Shown here piece after piece: positions 12,651-23,569 of a stretch of DNA of 64,000 nucleotides. Positions within the stretch are counted from its first letter, which is position 1, and each line of letters opens with the position of its first letter. The notes beneath the pieces were generated by a model. That model was not told the origin of the DNA and ran no database searches. It saw only the letters and a list, made by a program, of their open reading frames with translations. The stretch spans positions 143,284,001 through 143,348,000 of the forward strand of contig NC_086097.1 of NCBI RefSeq assembly GCF_963921235.1, given 5' to 3'. A program made the translations under genes and the position numbers. Source of the DNA: Mobula hypostoma. Lineage: Eukaryota.

Positions 12651-13514
12651 AGCTATCCAGTATCCATGGAGCATGGAAGGTAGATATGGGGAAGGTGGTG
12701 GAATATGTTGGTTCCGTGACAATTACTGAAAAAAAAATTACTGTATAATCACACGAGTTTTCTAGTGTTAAATAATTCAGTGTAATCTCCTTACCCTTTT
12801 ACACAGTGAAGTTTTACAGATAAGTTCTACCTATTGAGGCTCAATGGTAAAATGTAGCGAAGATAAACCAAATGAATGATTGTACTCATCTTCACATGAA
12901 GTGCCAAATCTTCAACGTGAACCTTGCTGCGCATTATCATGCAATACATGTAAATGAGCTGAAAACAACTTTTCATTCTTTCTTTGATAGCACTTGAAAT
13001 TTCAGTTTGATGTTATTTTCATAAAAATAAAACAATCTTACGGACTTTATGCAGTGAGTTTATTCCAGAATTTGGAAAGTGGAAACTAATTGAGCGTGGG
13101 TTTCAACTTCATCAGTTTCCCCCTATAGCTGTAAATTGTTTCTCAATATCCTGACCTCTTGGCCACTTTTTCCTGGGCTAGGCTATTGCTTAAACTAAAA
13201 CACTTAAGTTGCAGTGTCCTTCTGAAATTCAGAATTATTTGCCATGTTCTGGATATTAGTGGAATTTCATCAAGTTCAGTGGAACATTTTTGAGTTGAAG
13301 TTGAAGGAGATTTAGGCTGACAGGTCTTTTTGGATAGATTCCTTATGTTTTTTTATGAAATATATAAAAACCTAACAGAACCCAGTTCATCAAATTCAAT
13401 TAAAAAATCTTAATATATTAGAAACCTTTGCTAGTATGTGAGTATTCCATACTAGGTAAATGAGATCATCGCAGGGACATTTAAAATATGTAATCTAACA
13501 ATATGGATATGAAT

Positions 13515-13875
13515 TCATCATCATTATATGCTATGTCTTATGATGTGGGCAACCATGGTCTCATGACAATGATAGTTCTTGGCAAATTTTTCTACAGACA
13601 TAATTTACCATTACTGCCTTCTATACAGTGTCTTTACGAGATTGGTGACCCCAGTCGTTATCAATACCCTTCAGAGACAGTCTGCCTGGTGTCAGTGGTT
13701 GCATAACCAGGACTTGTGATATGGACCAGCTGCTGATATGACCATCCACCACCTGCTCCCATGGCTTCAAGTGACTCCGAGTGGAGTGCTACAAAGATGC
13801 TACACCTTGCCCAAGGGTGACCAGCGGGGTAGCGGAGGAAAGAAGCACCTTATATACCTTCTTTGGTAGAGACTC
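13515..13875 (-). mobile_element. SINE-like element with a (TGA)n tail, possibly RTE-mobilised
   Basis: Begins with tcatcatcatt (the reverse of the RTE-type tail), followed by a repeat-like body. Confidence 0.35.
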
Positions 13876-13889
13876 GAATATGAATTAGG

Positions 13890-14482
13890 AAGTTTTCAGG
13901 TGACAAAATGGTAGTATTGATTGTGGTGAGGAAAGTTGTAGGCTACAGCATGATATATAATGAGTTGGTAAGGTTGACAGAACAAAGACAGATGGGATTT
14001 AAACCTGGCAAGTGCAAAGTAATGCACTTTGGAAGGACTAACAAGGGTAGTGTCTACATAATAAATGGTAGGGACATACAGGGTAATGAGGAACAGAGGG
14101 CCCTTTGTATACAAGTCCAAAGAACCCTGAAGATAGCAATGCAGATGGATGAGGTGGTGAAGAAGATCGCATGACATTTCCTTTCACTAGTCAAGGTATA
14201 GAATACAAGAGTTTTTTAAGTCTTGGTATAATTTTAGAATGCATTGGTGAAGCCATTGTTGGAGTACTGTTTTCTGTATACTAATATAGGAAAATGTCAT
14301 TCCATTGGAGGTGGTGCAGTGGAGATTGACCAGGACATTATACCAAGATAATGTTCTGGTAAATCACTGCACCACCTCCAATGGAATCATATCCTACCTA
14401 TATTAGAATACTAGAGATTTTTTAAAAGTCTTGGTACAATTTTATAACACATTGGTTAAGCCATTGTTGGAGTACTGTTTCT
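13890..14482 (+). mobile_element. CR1 LINE relic with a local duplication/inversion
   Basis: QMGFKPGKCKVMHFGRTN...EEQRAL motif; see the hairpin finding at 14207-14482. Confidence 0.75.
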
Positions 14483-14641
14483 CATTGAATGATGTAACTA
14501 GCTTCAGAGTTTGATGTTTAGCTGGTTGAATCATTACTGCAGACAGAAGTGTTTAATATGAACATCATAATTTCCTTTTTTTTTAAACTTTAGGTATCAT
14601 GAGATATAAAGTTTGAAGTGCTTTTACCTGTTCACTTTGCA

Positions 14642-15064
14642 ATGGCAATGACAGCCCGGCTCATGCCCAGGTGCATCCGGCACCTGAGTGCTTCGTTCCT
14701 CACTGTTCCAGTCTCCGCTACTGTGCTAACTACCTGCAGGCGAATCATGCCTGAACAGTACTGGTCGTCTGTGCCGTTTGCTGGTGTGCACATGTCTGCT
14801 GTTTGCCACCAAACTGACTTGCCTTCTGCTGCTGAAAAACCCTTCAGCCAGCACCCAGAGGACACAAAGATGAAGGAGCTGATTGAGTTAGCCCAGAGTG
14901 TAGAGGAGCTCCTACAGATTCCCAGTGACCAGAAAATCAATGGGAACCAAGCAGCCTCAGTGCTTATTCGTATTTGTGTCCTGAAGATAAGTCAGAAGCT
15001 GGACCCTCAGGATATCATGGGGGACGAGCGCTTCAAGCATCTTTTGAACACCATTGACAGACAG
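14642..15064 (+). CDS. TBRG4: TBRG4/FASTKD4 exon 2 (first coding exon; exon starts at 14594)
   Basis: Acceptor tttaaactttag ends at 14593; MAMTARLMPRCIRHL... (mitochondrial-presequence-like) to GNQAASVLIRI..HLLNTIDRQ; donor gt at 15065. Resembles recalled human TBRG4 DSNQAAMVLIRL..LLNSQ. Confidence 0.9.
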
Positions 15065-15384
15065 GTTGGTGACTTTCATTTTGTGAGAAACTTGGCTCAT
15101 CAGGGATGATACATGTAGTGAAATACTATGTTGTCAGTGTATCACCAGCTGGAATAATAGTTTTTGGGTATTATACTGTCAGAATTATAATCCAGGCATG
15201 GTGAAGTTAAAGCATGATAGTTTTAAGAATTTACATCCAATTTATACGAATCTAGAATGTATATGCAGCCAGTAGCAAAAAGTGAGCGTGAAGGTGTCAG
15301 ATATCCTTCATGAATACTGGAAACCTGATGTTCATACTTGCTTTATCTTTTATATTGCTTCTGTTTATGATTGATCCTAAATTT

Positions 15385-15612
15385 CCTCCCCCACTACTTT
15401 CCTCCTCACCTGGTTTCCCCTATCACTCACCAGCTTGTACTCCTTCCCCTCATCACCTTTTTCTGGTGGCTTTCCCCTTCCTTTCCAGTTCTGATGAAGT
15501 GTCTTGGCCTGAAACGTCAGCTATTTATTCCTCTCCATAGATGCTGATTTCCTCCAGCATTTTGTGTGTGTGTTGCTCCGGGTTTCTGGCAACAGCAGAA
15601 TCTCTTATGTTT
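15385..15612 (+). mobile_element. PLE terminal-repeat fragment with hammerhead core
   Basis: CTGATGA at 15491-15497 ... GAAAC-GTC at 15511-15518, followed by the family tail. Confidence 0.65.
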
Positions 15613-18216
15613 ATGCCTTATTAAATCACTCTGTTGCAGTAAGGTAACCAGAGATGGGCAATAAATTTTCTCCTTTCTAGAGTATCCAAAAATGAACTTA
15701 AAATAAGAATAGAAAGTAATGAAAGTATTCGGCAGGTTAGGAAACATACATGCTTGAGAAAGAGAATTGATGTTTTGAGTTGATACTTTTATTAGAATAA
15801 GATAAAATCAGAATTTAAAAGATTTTTTTTATAATGGTGGGTTTGGAAGGGACCAAAGAGTAGGCCTGTGTTACAGACCTGGAGTAATTGAATGACGGAA
15901 GTGGTGTTATTGCCAGCTGTAAGAGTAATAAAGACTGCTGATGTAAATAGAAGATGGATGAAATCTGAAATAACCAGAAGAGGGAAGAATAAAAAACCTT
16001 AATGTTAGAAATATGAGAATATCTGAAATTGTCTTAACTTATTCTTTAGTGCAGAACATTTTAATATAAGTAGTTGGAAGGTGAGGTGCTGTCCCTCGGG
16101 TTTGTATGAAGCTAGAGTGAGATTGGGAGTTATAGTGAAAAGCAACTGGAAGCTTAGTGTCTCCCATACATAATAAAAACATTGTGCAGAACAGCTGCGC
16201 AACCTATGTTTGTCTTTTTCAGTCCACATCATAAATTGGTCAAACTTATATGGAAAGAGTGTGAGGTTCTGGATGATGGGATAGGAAGAAGTGAAAGAGC
16301 AGACCTTGGATCCCATGTTCCTAGACATTCTACCATGTGGGACCTTGTCAAATGCCTGATGGAAATCCATATGTCAATGTCTATTGCCCTACCTTCAATA
16401 ACCTTAGTTATCTCATCAAAAAGTCTATCAGATTAGCGAAATACGATTTTTTTTACACAAAACATACTATCTCTGATTACTTACTACGTTGACAAATTTA
16501 CATAAATTCTATCCTTTAGAATTTTCTCCAGAACTTTCCTACCACAGAAGTAAACTCACTAGCTTGCCTTTATCCAGCTTATCCTTGCTGTCCTTCTTAA
16601 ATAAAGAAACAATATTGGCTGGCTGTTCTTCATTATTCCCTTGTCTTTCACATTGTGAACATGCTTTCTTTTGTCCTCTTGGTAATTTCAGATTTAATTC
16701 ATATCTTTCCCTCAGATGTCCTTTTTTATATTCATTAGCCTTTACCACCACCTTTCAACTGACACCACCATCACTTGTATCATTCAGTCTCTCTTGGTCT
16801 CCACATTTTTTTTCCTCTGCAAAAATCATTCTTTTATATCTTCGTTATTTCGAGTTATATTGAAATGTTGTTACCTGAATTGCTAATCCTGCTTCTTCAT
16901 CCAGAAATACTGCCCAACCTACTGAGTATTCCCAGCATTTTCTGTTGTCCTTTCCTTCATCTTCAATACATTGCTTTTGCTTTATGAATGTAAAATACTC
17001 ATGTGGAAATCTGTCTGTGGTTGAAGAATTCTGTGAATAATCACTCTATTGGACAGTTTCATACTCTGCCAAACTGACTTTCACTCTCACCATTGTGCTC
17101 ACTTGGTCCCTCACTTTTTCTCATGTAAACGCACAACACCTTCACAGTAGTGCAGTGGTTGCACTGGACCTGTATTCTAAGGCATGTATAGTTGATCTGG
17201 GAGCAGAAATTAGAATTTTAATTTAATAAGTGTGGAACTAAAAAAGTTTATTATCATTAATGAAGATCGTGAATCTAGTGGGTTATCTTAAAAATATAGT
17301 TTACTTCCCTAAGGGAGGGAAATTTACCATCATTATTCTGTCTGGCCTAGGTTCTTAGATCACATCTATGTGCTTCTCAGTAAGTTACCAGATTAAGAGG
17401 ATTTGTTAACTTTTAGTCCCTTTAATTTCTCTACTACTTATCCTCCTTTGTATCCCCAATACACTCAGACCCCACTTAACGTAGAGGATGCATTCCTCAG
17501 AGGTGGAGCGCTATGTAAAGCAGTGCTATGCAGGGTCTGAGTGTTTGGTCTTCTGTATTACCTCAGCTACATATTTTTTTCTGCATTTTCCTCCAATCTC
17601 TGCCTTTAAGCTCCACATGTACTTTGTATATTTTGCAAGCAGTTAGCACCAACACAATGGTTGTGAAAGCTTTTTCATAACCTTTCTTCCTCCTGTGTCA
17701 ATATTTCTTTCTCTCACTTGTAGAAATATTTGGATACAGACACCCTGCATTTACCCTTGCTAGACTGCTCTGCAAGATGCAAATTAGTAATGTGGCCACA
17801 AGCCATCATCAATTATTTTTGCACTGCTGGTTTGAGAAATATCTACAAAGGGGTATGACCCAGGCCCATGATTCCCTTGTGTTGTAAGGACTTAGAAATT
17901 TCTCAATCTGCTCTGAATGTGAGTGATGATTCCAGGTCTTCTATCAACCCAAGGTACGATTCTGTCAACCTACTCTTGATCAACAAAGTACAATATAAAT
18001 GGACCACAGAATGTTTCTGTTCATCTGGCCCATCACAGTAAGCAGACAGCTACCTATGCTTGCCAATCCTTTGAGTGTTCTTAATGCTTTTGGGTACTGA
18101 TTGGCAAGGCCCTGGGGAGCTTGGGCCCTTCCTGCTGTGCCTGGCCCTAGAAATATTTTAACAAATCCAAATGAAGGGTCTTAACCCATAATGTTACCCA
18201 TTCACTTTTTTACTTA

Positions 18217-19395
18217 GAGGGTAGTGCCGTGGATGTGATCTACATGGATTTTAGTAAGGCATTTGACAAGGTTCCACACGGTAGACTTATTCAGAAAGTT
18301 AGAAGGCATGGGATCCAGGGAAGTTTGGCCAGGTCGATTCAGAATTGGCTTGCCTGCAGAAGGCAGAGGGTGGTGGTGGAGGGAGTACATTCAGATTGGA
18401 GGATTGTGACTAGTGGTGTCCCACAGGAATCTGTTCTGGGACCTCTACTTTTTGTGATTTTTATTAACGACCTGGATGTGGGGGTAGAAGGGTGGGTTGG
18501 CAAGTTTGCAGACGACACAAAGGTTGGTGGTGTTGTAGATAGTGTAGAGGATTGTCAAAGATTGCAGAGAGACATTGATAGGATGCAGAAGTGGGCTGAG
18601 AAGTGGCAGATGGAGTTCAACCCAGAGAAGTGTGAGGTGGTACACTTTGGAAGGACAAACTCCAAGGCAGAGTATGAAGTAAATGGCAGGATACTTGGTA
18701 GTGTGGAGGAGCAGAGGGATCTCGGGGTACATGTCCACAGATCCCTGAAAGTTGCCTCACAGGTGGATAGGGTAGTTAAGAAAGCTTATGGGGTGTTAGC
18801 TTTCATAAGTCGAGGGATAGAGTTTACGAGTCGCGATGTAATGATGCAGCTCTATAAAACTCTGGTTAGGCCACACTTGGAGTACTGTGTCCAGTTCTGG
18901 TCACCTCACTATAGGAAGGATGTGGAAGCATTGGAAAAGGTACAGAGGAGATTTATCAGGATGCTGCCTGGTTTAGAAAGTATGCATTATGATCAGAGAT
19001 TAAGGGAGCTAGGGCTTTACTCTTTGGAGTGAAGGAGGATGAGAGGAGACATGATAGAGGTGTACAAGATAATAAGAGGAATAGATAGAGTGGATAGCCA
19101 GCGCCTCTTCCCCAGGGCACCACTGCTCAATACAAGAGGACATGGCTCTAAGGTAAGGGGTGGGAAGTTCAAGGGGGATATTAGAGGAAGGTTTTTTACT
19201 CAGAGTATTTGGTGTGTGGAATGCACTACCTGAGTCAGTGGTGGAGGCAGATACACTAGTGAAGTTTAAGAGACTACTAGACAGGTATATGGAGGAATTT
19301 AAGGTGGGGGCTTATATGGGAGGCAGGGTTTGAGGGTCGGCACAACATTGTGGGCTGAAGGGACTGTACTGTGCTGTACTATTCTATGTTCTATG
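18217..19395 (+). mobile_element. Young 5'-truncated CR1 LINE inserted in a PLE remnant
   Basis: ORF 18229-19032 DFSKAFDKVPH, SGVPQ, KFADDTK, LYKTLVRPHLEYC; TGA at 19030 (probably CGA>TGA); (ttctatg) tail. Confidence 0.92.
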
Positions 19396-19705
19396 CTGTC
19401 TGACCCACTGAGTTCCTCCAGCATTTCGTTTGTTGCTGCCGAATCCAGTATCTGCAATCTCTTGTGTCTCCAGTCATAATCACACTTCATAGCTGTGAAA
19501 ATGCTTAAAAGTTCTTGCACATCTAGGATTGTGTCAATTAACCAAAAGTATAAATTACCTGAATCTTCATCTCTCTCTCTGTCTCACCTGTTTTTCCATT
19601 GTACCGAGTGGGGTTACTGAACTGCACTGCATGCCAGTTGCAAATTAAGTGAGAATATTTTCCACCATAAATGCTAGAAAACAAATCAAGGACAGTCTAT
19701 ATGTT

Positions 19706-19938
19706 AGCAACATACATCAAAGTTGCTGGTGAACGCAGCAGGCCAAGCAGCATCTATAGGAAGAGGTGCAGTCGACGTTTCAGGCCGAGACCCTTCCTTC
19801 AGTTAGTCCTGACGAAGGGTCTCGGCCTGAAACGTCGACTGCACCTCTTCCTATAGATGCTGCTTGGCCTGCTGCGTTCACCAGCAACTTTGATGTATGT
19901 TGCTTGAATTTCCAGCATCTGCAGAATTCCTGTTGTTT
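19706..19938. mobile_element. PLE-derived fold-back mini-element with hammerhead motif and 14-bp TSD
   Basis: Arms 19706-19797 and ~19813-19905 are near-perfect reverse complements; TSD acagtctatatgtt at 19692-19705 and 19939-19952. Confidence 0.88.
19804..19841 (+). ncRNA. Minimal type-I hammerhead ribozyme motif
   Basis: Stem I agtc(19805-08)/gact(19837-40); CTGACGA 19809-15; stem II agggtctcggcct; GAAA 19829-32; C-GTC with predicted cleavage after 19836. Confidence 0.7.
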
Positions 19939-19970
19939 ACAGTCTATATGTTGCTTTTTTTTCTTTTCAG

Positions 19971-20294
19971 GTTTCAATCGTATGGAATGGGAACTTGATC
20001 AGCTTGCTACGGAGCCTCTTTTTCATCGGAATTGATGCTAAAAACCCAGTCCTTCGGTCTATTGAAAACGAGGTCCACTGGCGGCTGAGACGGCTAACTT
20101 TTAAACATCTCACTTCGCTTCTTGACTACTACACCAGTTTTGCACAGTCAGACCAACAGAAGGTGTTGCTGAGTGATATAATAAAACATGTGGAATTGAG
20201 GTGGGCAGAGATCACGGATGCAAAGACTGTGGCCTTGTTAATGACAAAGGTTGGACACCTGTCAGATACGCTAATGGACAAACTGGAGGATAAG
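19971..20294 (+). CDS. TBRG4: TBRG4 exon 3
   Basis: ttttcag|VSIVWNGNL...EVHWRLRRL..KVGHLSDTLMDKLEDK|gtatgc; 324 nt, phase 0-0. Confidence 0.95.
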
Positions 20295-20384
20295 GTATGC
20301 AAGACTCACTCAATGTATGTTATAATCAACATAGGAATAACTAGCATCCTTGTACAAGATTGACCTTGTTCTTTATTGTGCTGG

Positions 20385-20580
20385 CAGCATTGTCTCAGTG
20401 TTGACAAGTCCCACCCCAGAGATTTCAGTGCTTAATTCACTTCTACAATGCTGTGGAAACAGCACTGTTGAGGTTGCTGCTTTCAGAATGAATTATTCAA
20501 ACTTGCCCAGTCTGCTCTCTCTTCTGGATGTAAAGGATCCCCTGGCACCAAAGGAAGATGAAAAATGTAGTTGTCCCAGT
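20385..20580 (+). mobile_element. Deu-domain SINE relic (SacSINE/AmnSINE-like)
   Basis: cagcactgttgaggttgctgctttcagaatga...ggatgtaaaggatcccctggcac resembles the recalled Deu domain; a similar relic lies at ~60210-60420. Confidence 0.4.
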
Positions 20581-22237
20581 GTCATAGAGTCATATAGCAC
20601 AGAAACAGACCCTTAATCTCAACCAATCCATGCCGAACAGTGGCCATCTAAGCTAACCTCATTGACCCTTATTCCTCTAAACCTTTTCCATCCATGTGCC
20701 TGTCCACGTGCCTTTTAAATTTTGCCAATGTATCTTCTCAACCACTTCTAGCAGTTCATTTTATACAAGGATCACCCTCTGGGTTAAAAAAAAGTTGCCC
20801 CTCAGGTTCTTACTAAACCTTTGCCTCCTCACTTAAACTTATTCCCTCTAGTTCTTGATTCCCCAGCCTAGGGGAAGAAAAACTGCATTCACATCATCTA
20901 TGCTCCACATGATTTCGTACATCTCTAAAAGATCATCCCTAATTCTCCTATGCTCCAATGAATAAAATCCTAGCCTGCTCAACTCTTTTTCTATTACACA
21001 GTCCCTTGAGACCTGGCAAACATCCTTGTAAATCTTCTCTGCATTCTTCCCAGCTTAATGACACCATTCCTATAGCAGAGTGCTCAAAGCTGAAAACAAT
21101 ATTGCAAATGCAGCATACTCAGCATCCTGGCTGCTGAAGGCCAGCGAGCAAAAAGCCTTTTTCACCACACTCTCTACTTACGACCTCATTTTCAGGGAGC
21201 TATGTACTTCTTGATCCCCTTATTCTAAAAAATTCTCTAGGACCTTACTGATTACTGTGAAAGCCCTATCCTGATTTGTCTTTCTGAAATATAACACCTC
21301 ACCCTTAACTGAATTAAAAGTCCATTTTCCTTCATCTGCTCTTGATCCCACTATAATTCTTGATGACCATCTTCAGTGTATACAACACCTACTTTAGTGA
21401 CATCTGCAAATTTACTAAAAGTGTCTGTACATTGTCATCCAAATTATTGATATATATGAAAAATAGCGATCGGCCCACCACTGACCCATGGGAACACCAC
21501 TGGTCACTGACCTTCAGTCTGAAAAGCAACCTTTCACCATCACGCTCTGCTTCCTACCATAAAGCCAATTGTGCAGCCAATTAGCTCTCGCTGGATACCC
21601 TTTGATTTAACTTCCAGCAACAGTCTATCAAGCAGAAGCTTATTAAGGGCCTTACTGAAGTGTATATACAGTTGCAAGAAAAAGTTTATGAACCTTTGGC
21701 AATTACATAGTTTTCTGCATGAATTACTCAAAATGTGGTCTGATCTTCATGAAGTCAGTATAATAGACAGACACAATCTGCACACAAACAAGTGTACTAC
21801 TTCTCGTCGATACTGACTACACTATTTAAACAATCACAATCTAGGTTCAAAAAACTATGTGATCCTCTGGGATAATGCCTCTACAAAAACTACCTGGAGT
21901 CAGGTGTTCCAGTCAGTGAGCTGGGATTGGAAATGCCCTGCCCTGTAAAAAAAATCACACAAAGTCAAGTTACTGACAGAGCCTGCTCTTCTGAAGAAAG
22001 ATCTGTTTATGTGGACCACGCCTCAATCGAAACAACTTGTAGAGGACCTTAGAACAAGAATTAGATGCATGAAGCTGGAAAAGGCTACAAATATATTTCT
22101 AAAGATCATCAGTGTACAGTAAGCGAAATTGTCTCCAAATGGAGGAAATTCAGTTCTGTTGCTACTCTCCCTTCTGTTAAGATCACACCAAGAGTACGGT
22201 GTACAATGCTGAAGGAGCTGAAAAGAACCCAAAGGGT

Positions 22238-22970
22238 TATGGAGAACTTGGAGAGACAGGGCATGACAGGACAAAGTCAGCATGGTTTCCTTAAGGGAAA
22301 ATCTGGTTTGACGAACCTGTTGGAATTCTTTGAGGAGATTACACGTAGGATCGGTAAAGGGGATACAGTGGATATTGTATATTTGGACTTTCAGAAGGCC
22401 TTTGACAAGATGCCACGCATGAGGCTGCTTACCATGTTAAGAGCCCATTGTATTACAGGACAGTTACTGACATGGTTAGAACATTGGCTGATTGGTAAGA
22501 GGCAGCTAATGGGAATAAAAGGATCCTTTTTTGGTTGGCTGCCAGTGAGTAGTGGTGTTCCGCAGGGGTCGGTGTTGGGACTGCTTTTAATGCTGTATGT
22601 AAATGATTTAGATGATGGAATAGATGGCTTTGTTGCCAAGTTTTCAGATGATATGAAGATTGGTGGAGGGGCAGGCAGTGTTGAGGAAATAGGCAGGCTG
22701 CAGAAGGACTTAGACTGATTAGGAGAATGGGCAAGAAATATTGTGAGTGATGAATATGTGGAATTTGTTACTACAGGCAGCTGTGGAGGCCAGGTTGTTG
22801 GGTGTATTTAAGGCAGAGGTTCTTGATTGAACACTGCGTCAAAGGTTACGGGGAGAAGGTCAGGGAGTGAAGCTGAGGAGGGGAAAGAAGGATCAGCCAT
22901 GATTGAATGGTCGAGCAGACTCGCTGGGCCAAATAGCCTCATTCTGCTCCTATGTCTTATGGTCTTATGG
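22238..22970 (+). mobile_element. Internally deleted CR1 fragment inside Tc1
   Basis: QHGFLKGKS, LDFQKAFDK, GVPQGSVLG, then a jump to the 3' end with a (tatggtct) tail. Confidence 0.85.
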
Positions 22971-23569
22971 TGTAACAGCAAAAGACTTGCAGAAATCTCT
23001 AGAACTTTCTAAAATCTCTGTTCATGTGTCCACTATAAGAAAAACACTGAACAAGACTGGTGTTCATAGAAGCACACCACAGAAGAAACCACTGCACTTC
23101 AAAAAGAAAAAAGTTTCTGCACTTCTCAAGTTTGCAAAAAACCTCTTGGATGTTCCACAATGCTCTTGGGACAATATCCTATCGATAGATGAGAAAAAAG
23201 TTAAACTTTTTGGCAGAAGTGTACACCACTATGTTAGTGTGCAGTGCCCTGTTTCCTCCAAACGTCAAAACCTCATCCCAACTCTGAAGCATGGTGGAAG
23301 GAGCATCATGGTTTGGGGCTGCTTTGCTGCCTCAGGGCCTGGACAGCTTGCAATTGTTGAGGGAACAATAAATTCAAAATTGTATCAAGACATTTTACAG
23401 AAGACTGTCAAGTTAGTGGTCCATCACCTGCAGCTTAATAGGAGTTGTATGATGCAACAAGACAATGATCCGAAACACAAAAGTAAATCAACTGCAGAAT
23501 AGTTTAAAAAGAAGAAAATTTGTGTTTTGGAATGACAAGTCAGAGTCCAGACCTTAACCCAATTGAGAT

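Noticed and set aside
14618..14641. GTG start of the ORF-track protein
   Set aside because: Eukaryotic locus; ATG 14642 (or 14648) fits the TBRG4 N-terminus.
15085..15165. Hairpin at the start of intron 2 resembling the SNORA5 3' guide (ctcat..gaataa)
   Set aside because: No correctly spaced ACA or H box and no matching 5' hairpin.
22065..22718. Apparent transposase-RT fusion ORF
   Set aside because: Chance in-frame junction where a CR1 fragment inserted into a Tc1 element.
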